The notes under the pieces were generated by a model. That model was not told the origin of the DNA. It saw only the letters and a program-made list of their open reading frames with translations, and searched no databases. Of a stretch of DNA of 64,000 nucleotides, positions 15,332 to 28,933 are shown piece after piece. The stretch is taken from NCBI RefSeq assembly GCF_001194135.2, contig NC_069005.1:20765988-20829987 (forward strand), written 5' to 3'. Both the position numbers and the translations under genes were made by a program. Position 1 is the first letter of the stretch; each line of letters begins with the position of its first letter. The DNA comes from Octopus bimaculoides (Eukaryota).

Positions 15332-18292
15332 GGTATCTAAAAGATACCGTCATGCTAGATATAGCAGTCAAAACTTGACTCTAAAACCACATCAATTTTA
15401 ATAATAATTATTACCTTTGAGGTTTTTATTCCCATGCTAACCACTTGATATGATCAGTATTTTAAATAACGATCTTATCCTTATTTATATAAATTTATAT
15501 ATATATATATATATCTATAGCAAGAGAGAGAGAGAGAGATTACAGACCAAATTACAATTCTATCATGACCTAAATCTACTAAATAGATTTATTTCAACAT
15601 ACACTACCATCTCTTTGTATATTGAATGGTCAGTTAAAATATGGATGTGTGAGGCACTATTTGTGTTCATCTAACTGCCTGGTGTGCTAATACACAATGC
15701 TTTAAATTGCAAGTTTATTTTGATCTGATAAGTAAGAGTCCTAAGTAGGTGCATGTGTGGATGTGTGCCTTGCCAAAATCTCATTTACTTATAGCAAGTG
15801 GTTTGGGAGATTGAAAAAAATAGTAATTCATTGAATGGTAAATACTTGTATAACTGGGCATGGTAAGAGCCTACTGCCTGTTGGTTAGCTTTTGCACAAA
15901 CTTTTTTCTTTACAGGTGTTGAAGACAGTCCCCCAGCTACCTACCCACTCTTCTATCAAGTCTACAGACAAAAGTTTTGATTAACAGGAAAACAAATAAG
16001 ACTTTACTCTCTTCAGGAAAATGGCCCTGTTAAATACATAGAAAAGGTGCAGGTAGAAATTCTATATGGGGTGCCCAGTGTAAATGATGGGCACACAGGA
16101 GATGCAGTGCAAATGATGGGCACAGAGGAAATGCAGTGCAATCACAGGCAAGTTGACAGAGAAAGTAGAATTTGTTTGTGACAAATGCACTGGAGCAATA
16201 AACTCCAAGAACACATATGTAATTTATTTTTTTTTATATATACTCAAGTTCTCTAGCAGTGGTAGATAACTTCAGCTATCTAGGTGACCTAAGTAGCCAT
16301 GGAGAAGGATAATAGTATCGTAGCCAGAGTAAAAACTGGGTGGAGAAAGTTCAGAGAACTATTACCAACTATTGGTAACAAAAGGTTTCTCTCTCTCTCT
16401 CTCAGGGTGGAAAGTAGACTGTATGGTGCTTATGTATGAACGTTAATGTTATATGGTATTGAGACAATGTTCCCTGAATGTAGAGGACTTGCAAAGACTA
16501 GAAAGAAACGAAGCAAGAATGTACTGCTAGATGTGCAATGTCAGTGTACATTAAAAGATGGAGAACAAATATGCTGAGAGTAAAAATTAGGCATAAGAAG
16601 AATGAAATGTAGTGAGCAAGACTGCATTGGTATGGACATATGATGTGTATGGATGAGTATAGCTGAGTAAAGAAGTGCCATTTGCTTAATGTGGATGGAA
16701 CTTGTTAAACAGGGAGACCCAAGAAGACATGGGGTGAATTAGTGTAGGATGATCTTTGGATGTTGAGCCTCACAGAGGAGATGACAAAGGACTAAGACAA
16801 TTGGCAATATGCAGTGCTCAAGATAACTTTTCAATCACTACTTAACTGAGATCCTAAAATCAATGTGTTTATGTGTATACACCCAACAGGGTCCCACACC
16901 CAATTTGTCCGTCAAGCCACCTCAACCCTTCATCTCCCTATTGCTCATCCCATCATTCTTATAACTACATTAATATGAAGCTGTAATTAAACTACCCTTG
17001 TTCACCATTTACTACATATACCTCAACCCGTACATCTAACCAGCTCTCACTGTCCTCTCAAACACTTGCAAAATTTACCCATCGACCCTTCTTGATCTTC
17101 TGACCCCTCCCTCTCATCTATTCATTCTCTTTCTGTACCTTGAGGGTATGTTCTATCACCCCACCACCACCATCTTTATCTCTTTTTCCATCTCCACCCC
17201 AATTACTCCCTCCTGCCCTTATATAATGTAGGTGAACAGCAACACACCTGTTATTGTTCCTCTCGTATACTTTAAACTCTCAACACCTAACATAAAACTA
17301 TCTCCATTGCTACTATACTCTCACTCAGTCGAGTAGTCTTGTGAGTTAAATAGTAACTTGTGATGGCAATAGGTAGAGTATCCAGCAATAGAAACGGTGT
17401 CAAAGTAGACAATGGAGGTTGGAGTAATGTAATCCTATGACTTGTCAGATCCTGTCCAATCACCCAATATCATGAAAGAAAGACATTAGAATTACACCCC
17501 CGACAAACTCCCCACCCACAATTATTTTCAGGATCCAATAAAATTGAGGTAGTTTAATAACAAACACATCAAGGCAGAGTCAAGGACAGCATACCTGTGT
17601 ATCAATAGTGTGTACAGACACTCATGTATTTACTAAAGCCTATACACACCTGAAACAACTGTAATGAATCTCATCACATTTGTATTATGTGTGTATATAT
17701 ATATATAAAATGCCACGCATGCATTCCCAAGTAAGTTATNNNNNNNNNNNNNNNNNNNNNNNNNNNNNNNNNNNNNNNNNNNNNNNNNNNNNNNNNNNNN
17801 NNNNNNNNNNNNNNNNNNNNNNNNNNNNNNNNNNNNNNNNNNNNNNNNNNNNNNNNNNNNNNNNNNNNNNNNNNNNNNNNNNNNNNNNNNNNNNNNNNNN
17901 NNNNNNNNNNNNNNNNNNNNNNNNNNNNNNNNNNNNNNNNNNNNNNNNNNNNNNNNNNNNNNNNNNNNNNNNNNNNNNNNNNNNNNNNNNNNNNNNNNNN
18001 NNNNNNNNNNNNNNNNNNNNNNNNNNNNNNNNNNNNNNNNNNNNNNNNNNNNNNNNNNNNNNNNNNNNNNNNNNNNNNNNNNNNNNNNNNNNNNNNNNNN
18101 NNNNNNNNNNNNNNNNNNNNNNNNNNNNNNNNNNNNNNNNNNNNNNNNNNNNNNNNNNNNNNNNNNNNNNNNNNNNNNNNNNNNNNNNNNNNNNNNNNNN
18201 NNNNNNNNNNNNNNNNNNNNNNNNNNNNNNNNNNNNNNNNNNNNNNNNNNNNNNNNNNNNNNNNNNNNNNNNNNNNNNNNNNNNNNNNNNNN

Positions 18293-18339
<47 letters not shown>

Positions 18340-19042
18340 ATATATATATATATATGTATGAATGTGTGTGTACATATATATATATATATATGTATAATTT
18401 CAAATTAAGTAAGTAATTAAACACTTTAATCTCGAAACGTGTCTGTGGCTAACCGGAGTCATGTTGATTTATTGTTTTTCTCTTTGCCTACGTAAAAAAA
18501 GTGTGTTACTGTCATGAAGATTCTTACAGTAGTAGAAAAGGAATTTTTAACTCTTATTTCTAAATTTGGTATATGTGGTGAAGCAATTAGCTGACCCCTA
18601 ATTATAATTATGTTCATAATTATAGAATATTTATATATATGCATATATATATACATATATATTACAACAACTGTAATTGTTACAACAACCACTAAAACAA
18701 CTACGACAACTATAACAAAATGTACAAAAACAAACTACAACAGCTAACAAGATAAAGACCAACATGATCAACATTCATGAAACAAAACAATAAAAGAAAA
18801 AACAATAAAACAAGAATAAAAGTAAGAAAAGAACAGAAAACCTCTACATACCCACACACACTTTTTTAATATATGAAATCAAAAAACACCGTCTCTAAAA
18901 TAAGAGGTAGATGCAAAAATACATCGAGTTGTGTCATGCATATAAAAGCAGTACTCCAGTATGGCCTTATAAACATGGTGACTGTGGAAAAAAAAAATTA
19001 AACTTAAGAATTAGAGATTGATGTACGTATATGTGTGATGAG

Positions 19043-19087
<45 letters not shown>

Positions 19088-19915
19088 TCGTTGTTTGCAT
19101 TGTGTCCAGTGAGATCTGAAACAATGGTTTGCATATTTATTCTTAATGCGTTGTTCCAGCAGGTTCAAATGCAAACGTGCTAGTCACCGTTGTGTATGTC
19201 ACAGAAGAAGACCTTCTCGCTTTCATGGTGACTGTGTGTTCATTGGCACAAGGGATCCTGTGCTAATGAAGTATTATTGTCAGCTGGAAGCATGGCATAA
19301 AATTTTACAGAAAATGCATGCACCATTGGTCAATCATAATGGCTTGGTGCTCTGACATGATAATGCAAGACCACATATTGCCAAAGTCACATTTATGATG
19401 ACTGTGTGTTCATTAGCACAAGGGATTCGGGGACACAGGTGTCCAAGAATTTCAGTGTCCTGTCAGCTAGAAGTACATAGGAACACATCAGAAATAGTCT
19501 CTCTTACATGTGTGTGTGTAGGTGTGTATATGTGACAATGTGTCTGTATTATATGTGTGTGTGTGTGTAAGTAAGTGTATGTATGCACATGTGTGTGTGT
19601 GTGTGTGTTTGTGTAGTGGTATGTATATGCTTGGGTATGTGCACGTATGCATTATGTATGTATATATGTATGTATAAGTATAGGTGTATTTATGTGTGTG
19701 TGCGTGTATGTAGGGTATAGGTGTTTGTATGTTTAGCCATTCCATCAGTACGTTGGTAACCATACCTGAGATTTTGGACAGATTGAGGCGTTACTGCTGT
19801 TTCCTCTGTATATGAAGCAGCGACAGAATGCATAGAGGAGGTGTGGAATACTCTCAGGCTGAAGCAGAGAGACAGAGAGAGAGAGAGATAGACACAGACA
19901 GGCAGATAGGTAGAT

Positions 19916-19965
<50 letters not shown>

Positions 19966-21030
19966 ATTAGAGGAAAGGAGAGAGAGGGAAAAGATAAAAA
20001 GAGAGAGATGGACATAGACAGATAGGTAGGTAAATAGAGGGAGAGAGGGAAAGAGAGAGGGAAAGAGAGAGGGAAAGAGAGAGGGAAAGAGAGAGAGAGG
20101 AATGAGAAAGAGAGAGAGAGGAATGAGAAAGAGAGAGGGAAAGAGATGAGAAGAGAGAGAGCAGGAAAGAGAAAGAAAGAAGATAGAAATAAAGAATGAG
20201 AGAGAAAGAAAGAAAGAAAGAAAGAGAAAGAGAGAAAGAAAGAGAAAAAAATGAAGAAAGAAGAGAACAAATATGTGCAAACAACAATAATAAAAGTCTA
20301 CTTTGGATTTTTTCAAATTTTGAAATTGGAAATATGTATGTGTGTGCATGTCTGAAAGAATGTGTGTATGTGTGCGTGAAAGAGGGTGAATGTGTGTATG
20401 TATGTAAGAGAGTGGTGTGTATGTGTGTGACAATGAGAGGGTGTGTGTGTGAAAGAGTGTGAGAGAATGTGTGCGTGTGTGTGTGAGAGAGAGAATATGT
20501 GTGTGACAGAGAAGAGTAAGAGAGTATGTGTATGCGTGTTTGAAAGAGAGAATGCATGAGAGATGGAGGGATTGTGAGTGTATGTGCATATGTGCGTTTG
20601 TATGTGTGTGTGAGAGAGAAAGAGAGGGAGTATGTGTGAAAGAGAGGGAGTATGTGTGAGAGAGGGAGGAGTAAAAGAGTATGTGTATGCATGTTTGAAA
20701 GAGAGAATGCATGAGGAAAAGGGGGATTGTGAGAGGAGAGCATATGTGAGTGAGAAACAGTGTGTATAAGAGAGGGGGGGGGAGAGAGAGTATACATGAG
20801 AAAAATTTGTGTGTGTGTGAGAAGAAGAGAGAGAGTGTGTGTGTATTTGAGAGAAAAGGAAAGAGAAAGATTAAGAAAGAAACAAAATGGAAGTCAAACA
20901 GAGAGAGAAAGAGAGTATTTGAGAGTGTGTCAAAACGAGAAGATCAAACATGTGCATACACAATAAAATAATCTCAGTGAAATCCAAATATTGCAGAGTA
21001 ACATTTATATAAAATATAGCAAAAACAAAA

Positions 21031-21068
<38 letters not shown>

Positions 21069-22723
21069 AAAGAAAATAATCAGATATAAACCAAGAGCTT
21101 GTAATCTTACATCTAAGTAGTTTGATGTATGACCGTTCATGTATTATATCAAAATGTACATGTTATGTTAAAAAAGTACATTAAAAAGTACATTATCTGT
21201 ATTTCCATGGTTCATAGGCATTATTTCCATATAAGTGCTAAAAACGTTTCGTAAGACTCAAAGTAACGTACATACATACATACATACATACACATACATA
21301 ATTACGTACATATATACATACACCTCGGATGGTTGCTTCTAGTTGTGGTGGAGGAGGTTACGTGGACCGATGACTCTGAGAGCGATGCTGTTGAGAGTCC
21401 TAAACTCCTTGTAGGACTATCCTTGGTGATGTGGTCAAAGAGAGAGAACCCAGACTAAGTGCAACCAACCCCCAAAGACCCCCAACAGTGAAACAAGTGG
21501 ATGATGCTTACAACAATTCTCAATGCCTGAACCAGTGGATGAGGAAGGCTATGCACAACAGACATGCTACAGAAGGCACCACTCAAGGCTATAACTGGGT
21601 CAGCGGCATACATACCCACCACTGAGTTAGTCATGTCAGATAGGGCCCCTATGATGTACAACCTTGATTGTGGTGTGTTGGTTTGTATAGCTCAATGATC
21701 CTGTGAGCTAGTTATTGCTAGTGGAACACAAGCTCCTAGTACAGCCTCCCATGCTGGATAGGTCAAAGAATGGGGGCCAAACTAATATGGACCACTTCTT
21801 CCCAGACATAAAAACGGTTTGTGTGGGGTCAACATCCCAACCTAGAAAAAAGCAAAGTTACTGAAGAGTTGATGACAATTCAATAAAAATTTAAAAAACC
21901 GGAAAACCCCACAAAAAAGAACAGCCCAGACTCAAGAATTGTATAGAAAAGTCATTGGTGGCCTATGCTCCATAGAGGGCAAAAGGATTAAGCTCATGTT
22001 GGCATAGGAGACTGTTTATCCTTTCATGTGATGGATACTAACCTCTAAACTTTTGATTAACCCTTTAGCGTTCACGTTATTTTGTCAAAAGCTTATTTAT
22101 TCACATTGTTTTGAATTAAACATGCATTATTTTGTAACTTTGAGAGTTTGTATGAGGTAACAGTTAATTTTCAGAATGACAATGTAGGGTTGGTGTGAGG
22201 GGGCTGATCTGACCATTTTGAATATAAAACAGGTAGAATATTTTGGCTGGTTATGGCCAATTTGAATGCTAAAGGGTTAAAGAAAAGAATGGCGATCTTC
22301 TTTGGATAGATGCAAAGAAGAACCTGTTTGCAGAAGACTGTAATAGTAACCATGGCAAAACGTGAAACAGGGGTTAGCTATTGCAAGTTGTGGAGCTGTC
22401 AGCAGAAATACCAGTGGACTACTGAATTAAATTAAATAGTATATCAATAGTACAAAAAGGCTTAAGGAAGTTTTCTTTGATTGAGTATATGAAAAGAATG
22501 AAGAGCTATTGGGATGTAAAATATCCTGATTAAAATTCAGTCAAGCAGCTGCACCATCAAGCTGCATTTGTTGATAAGAAATATATTTTACTTGTCAAAA
22601 TCAACTATCAAAACTAGAAGGAATAAATACAAACCGAATTATTGTGACTGATTGATTGATGATTGATTGATTTATTGGTAAATAGAGAGAAAAACAGAGT
22701 GAGTGAGAAAGTTCACTGTACTA

Positions 22724-22788
<65 letters not shown>

Positions 22789-25700
22789 GGCTCTTAGATC
22801 CTCCAGTGTTATGGGCAACGAGCCTTCTCCAAGCATCCCAGTGGTTTGCTTTTCTCTTAATTGTACTCAGGCTGATTCCCATTGCTATCATTTTATTCTG
22901 GAACATACAACACCATGTCTTCTTTTTCTTCCTTCCGGCATCCACTTTATCATAATGGTAGCATATCTCTCCTGCAGTAATCAAAACTACATGGCAGTAA
23001 ACTACAATATACCACTTGGTCACCATGTCTTGCAAACTTCTCATGCCAGCTCTTCTCATCACCTCATTGTTTCTGAAACTGTCTTGGTAAGAGAATCCCA
23101 GGATAAAACATAGGCAGCATCGATGGAATGCATCCAGCAAGTGATGGATCTACACTGCCTTCTTCCAGGTTTCATGGGTGTAGATAGCTGTTTGGTATGA
23201 CCATAGATGAGTATAACTGCAGCATTATTTTCTTAATGATGGTTTCTTCATGAAAAACATACTCAGTACACTCTGTAAAGTATGAGGCTGTGAGAGCTCT
23301 ATAGTTCATCCAAGACATGATACCTCTATGGTACTGATATCATGAAAAAGCACCTGACACATTCTGTAAAGTGGCTGGTGTTTAGAAATGAAACATGGGT
23401 GAGATGAAGTCTTCAATCCATCTTGATAAGCAGAGTTCCTGAATATGTGCAGACTCTGACTGTGGAAGCATGTGGCTTATTGGTTAGGGTGTTGGACTCA
23501 TGATCGTAAAGTTGTGGTTTTGATCCCTGGACTGGGTGATGCATTATGTTCTTGAGCTAAATACTGCATTTCACATTGCTCCAGCTCATTCAGCTGGCAA
23601 ATATAACAGACTAGTGTCCCATCCAGGAGGAAGATATCTGTGCCACAGAAACCAGCCTTCTGTGTCCATATGACTCAGAAAGGATCTTATTTGGCTGTGA
23701 CAACCCATCAAACCTATCCTACTATGTAAAGTTGATGTAAAACAACAATGATGATGATGATAATGATATATATATAAATGGTACCTGCCAACTGTGGTAC
23801 ATTTTTGTCTGGTATCCCATGATGATATATTAGTTTGGAAAGAAAGCCCTGCTGCATTTCAAGATAGGAAAGAATCAAACACATTTTTCATCTTAATTGA
23901 TATATTTAATCAAGATAATATTTCACCTCATTATTTATAACAAAATCCCGTCTATTTAGCTAATTGTTGAATCCTTGGTTCCTTGGTTGTTAAAATATTT
24001 TAGGTTTCAAAGCAAAGAAATGCAAGGTCAGTTTTAACCTCTTCACAATTTATGAAGTGTTTTCCTCTAAATAATGTTGCAATAATCTGAACAGATGATA
24101 GTCAGATGGAGAAAGGACAAGCAAGTAAGAATAAAGAGGTAAAACTTCCATTTTTAGTGCTATAACCTTTTACTGTGTGACTTTGGCAATATAATATTCA
24201 TTATATTCACACACAAATTGGAAAAAAAGTTTTGTCACATTTTTCACAAGACCTCATTGATGGGTACTTTCTCAGTACTCAGAATAAAATAAGCATTAAT
24301 CTTTACATTCTAATGTGTTTGTTTTTTTTTTGTTCTTTCTTTGCATATTACTTTATATCATAGTGGTTAAATTTGTATTAATTTTATCATTTAAAATGAG
24401 TTTAGATCAGATCCATATGAGACACTGCATGCTGCATGAATTCAAAAGAAACACGTCAACAGTGGAAATGGCAAGTAACATTGTAGTGCATCCAAGTACT
24501 GTATACAATAAGACTATTATTGTATATTTGTTCTGTCTATGGAAATGCAGCTTTAAGTGTTTGGACATACCAATGATGGCTGGCCAGTTTTGAGTTTTGC
24601 TCAGGAAATTTTTCTCTCACAGAGTTTTCTCAATCTGGATGACGGAGTTCTGTTAGTATTGTGCTTCTAAAATTGTAGTTGACAAACATCCAAAGCAAAC
24701 TGTATAGGAATTGGCAAAACAGTTTAACTCAAGTCATATCTTAATCATAAAACACCTTCATGGACAAGGAAAAGTGTCTAAATTTGGTCAGTCGGTCCCA
24801 CATCATATGATTCCTTCTCAGATTAATCAAAGAGTTGCCCTCTTCTTATCATTGAAGAGTAGACTTACTACAGAGACTTTCCTGAGTAGAATCATCACAA
24901 ATGATGAAAAGTGTGTTCTTTATAATCATATCCATTTAAAACCACAATGGCTAGCATCCAATGAAAAAGGAGAATCCATTCCCAAACCAGGACTATATCT
25001 AAAAATAAGTTATGCTTTTTGTTTGAAGGGACTTGAAGGGTGAAGTCTATCATGGAGTGTTAAACGAAACAAAACTGCTCTGAAAATGGCATAAAAATTT
25101 ACAGAAAATGCATGCATCATTGGTCAGTCATAAAGGGGTGGTGCTCTGCCATGATAATACAGGACTACATATTGCCAAAGTCACATACATGATGACTGTG
25201 TATTCTAACATTTATGATGACTGTGTGTTCATTAGCACAAGGGATTCGGGGACACAGGTGTCCAAGAATTTCTGTGTCTTGTCAGCTAGAAGTATTTTAG
25301 GAACACATCAGAAATAGTCTCTCTTACATACCCAGATGACTTAAGAGAAGTACTTGATAGCTTTTGTTACCAAGAAGATGTAATTAGGAAGGGAGGTGGT
25401 TGCTCTGAAATATAATAACCAAAATAAGAAAGAGTTGAAGAATGTTCAGGGAGCAAGCTATAGCTGCTGATAGCAAAGATGTTTACCCTTACAGTGAAGA
25501 GCAAATTGTATGATATGTGTTAGAACTGCAATGCTGCATGATAGTGAAACAAGGGCCTTGAATGCAAAGGATACGAGAAGACTGAATAGAAATGAAGTGT
25601 GTGTGATCAATTAGATGTGCAATTTTAGTGTGCATGAAAGGCATAATACAAAACCGCAGAGAGAAAAACCGAGCTTATGAAAAATAAGATTTGTGTTCAA

Positions 25701-28700
25701 GAAAGAAGATTGCACTGTTATTGACATGTGGTGCATATAGATGAGGACAGCTGTATGAAGAAATGCTGACTGCTTAATGTAGCTGGAACATGCTGGAAAG
25801 GGAAACTCAGGAAGACATGGGATGAAATGGTGAAGGATGAGCTGGGACCCTGAGATTGACAGAAGAAATGACAAAAGACTAGGATCTTTGGTAATATGAG
25901 GTTCTTGAAAAGACCTGCCCTCCTCAGAAAAACTGAGTCCTGAAAGTGCTATGTATTATGCTCTCTACCCTTATTACAGTGATTCATCCCCATCCCACAC
26001 ACTATTCCTGCAGACAATCCAACCATGTCATCTCCCTCTCTTGTCCCTCACTGTCAAGTGTATCATCATCATTAGTTTTCCCTCACCACTCTCTTCTGCA
26101 TCATTCTATCTTCCCCAACTCATGACTCATTGTTCATCCACCCTTCAACTCTACCCATTCTTGCAGTCTACTTCCCCATCCCCTCATTTCCTTCTCATAC
26201 AATCTTTCAAACCACCCAGCCATCCACCCACTTCTACTCATCTTGTGCCTTGTAGGGGCACCTATGTACCTCATCACCATTATTATCTCTTTGCACCTCC
26301 TACTAATCACTTTCTCTTTTCTCTCTCTCCCCTCCTCCTGCTAAATGTGAGTAGCCCTGCAGATCTTCTACAAGAACCTGCCCCATCTTTACATAGTTTA
26401 AACCCTTATTACCAAATTTCCAATTCTGAAGTTGACTTCCACACCTTCCACAGGGTTTACAGCCTTGTGACCTCAATAATGAAGGTGGCATGAAAAAAAG
26501 CACCTAGTACTCACTGAAAAGTAGTTGGCATTAGGAAGGGCATCCAAGTAGAGAGAGAGACTATACTGAAGCAGACACTGAAGTACAATGTGGTCCACAG
26601 ACTCATCAGATCTTGTCAAAACATCCAATCCATGCCAACATGGAACATGAACATGAAATGATAATGAAAATGATGATGATGATGTGTTTGGCATGTAAAA
26701 GCACCCACTACAGTCTCGGAGTGGTTGGTGTTAGGAAGGGCATCCAGCTGTAGAAACTCTGCCAAATCAGATTGGAGCCTGGTGTAGCCATCTGGTTCAC
26801 CAGTCCTCAGTCAAATCGTCCAACCCATGCTAGCATGGAAAGCAGACGTTAAACGACGATGATGATGATGATATATATATTCACACATAATAGAGAGACA
26901 ATAGAGCAGTCACCATATTCCTTTCCATATCGGCTAACTCTGATGAGCATTAGGTTATATAATTGGATTATTACCTAACACTCCATTGTATTCCTAGTGC
27001 AAAATCGATTGGTAAGATCAGCTGTAATGGATATATAACAGTGCATTTTGGATAATAAATACACACACACACACATATATGCACACACACACATGCATAT
27101 ACATACAGCTGCCCTCCTTCATATACATCACATGTCCATACCAGCAGTTTTCTTCCTTGCACACAACCTCTGATTCCTCATATGCTCAATTCTTCTCTCA
27201 GTACATTTATACTATGTCTCTCATGCACATTTTCATTGCACATCCAATGGTGCATGCTCACTTCATTTCTTTCCAGTTTTCTCATGTCTTCTACATCTAA
27301 GCCTACGTCTCACTACCATGCGGCATTGCAGTTCTAACATATATCACACTATATGGGATAAAACTTGTTAACAACAGCAGTAGTAGCTCTCTGAACTTTC
27401 TCCGACCCACACTTACTCTGACTACTATACTTTCAGAGTAATTAACTCCCTTGCTGATGACATCTCCTAGCTAGCAAAAGCTATCATGTACTTCTAGCAA
27501 GCTGTCCAGGCATTCAAGGAGTCTATTTCAAGTGTGTTCATACAACGTACTGTTCAAGTGCATCTATCATATTCAAAGTTCATGTTCTCTGCTAGTTTGC
27601 ATATGATTCTACTACATCCCTTTTTGTCCTTAGCTTACTTTGGGTACAGTGTAAGGAGTTCATACTTCTTCTTTTTCTGTATATTGAGCAAGATCATTTC
27701 CCTGAAGGTACCAGGCTCTTGTCTTCTTTCCTACTCACTAAAACCTTTGTCTTTTCTAGGTTTACCTTCAAATCTTTCGATCTTAGGTTTAGCTTCTAAG
27801 CCTAGAATTTTCTCTCTAATTCCTCAATGAGAACTATATCATCAGCATATAGAAGCTCCCATGAATCGCCAGTCTTAAACTCCAATGTGATGGCCTGTAG
27901 GGCTATGATGATTAGGAAGGGTCTGAGAACTGAACCTTGATGGACTCCAACCCTCATGCGAAATTCCTCTGCGTAGTGCTAGTTGACTCACATTATTTAA
28001 TGTGTTTTTATACATGGCTTATACAGACTCACTTGATATTCATCAATGGTTAGTTTCCTTAATAAACACCAGATGACTTTGTGTGGTACCCTGTTCAAAA
28101 GCCTTCTCTGGTCAACAAAGGCCAGGAATAATGGTTTACTCCTAACCAATTATTTCTCCTGCAATTGCTTCACTAGGAACCTCTTCCAAACACAAAATTC
28201 AATTGCACTTCATTGAGGTCTATCCTGTCATGAAATATATATATATATATGTATATATANNNNNNNNNNNNNNNNNNNNNNNNNNNNNNNNNNNNNNNNN
28301 NNNNNNNNNNNNNNNNNNNNNNNNNNNNNNNNNNNNNNNNNNNNNNNNNNNNNNNNNNNNNNNNNNNNNNNNNNNNNNNNNNNNNNNNNNNNNNNNNNNA
28401 TACATATATACTCTTTACTCTTACTCTTTTACTTGTTTCAGTCATTTGACTGTGGCCATGCTGGAGCACCGCCTTTAGTGGAGCAAATCAACCCCAGGGA
28501 TTATTCTTTGTAAGCCTAGTACTTATTCTATCGGTCTCTTTTGCTGAACCGCTAAGTTACAGGGATGTAAACACACCACTATTGGTTGTCAAGCAATGTT
28601 GTGGGGACAAACACAGACACACAAACATAGATACACACACATACATATGTCAAGAATAGACAACACAAAAATACATACGCACACTCATGCATGCACACAT

Positions 28701-28898
28701 GCATACACACACACACACATGTATAAGCACATATATACATACGATGAGCTTCTTTCAACTTCCATCTACCAAATCCACTCATAAGGCTTTGATAAGCCTG
28801 GAGCTGTTGTAGAAGACATTTGCCAAAGGTGCCCAGCAGTGGGACTGAATCTGAAAACATGTGGTTGGGAAGCAACCTTCTTAAGCAAGCAGCCTAGC

Positions 28899-28933
<35 letters not shown>

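Noticed and set aside
19690-20797. 340-aa and 276-aa minus-strand ORFs
   Set aside because: They are translations of CT/CA microsatellites; only the internal 93 nt (19858-19766) is a real exon.
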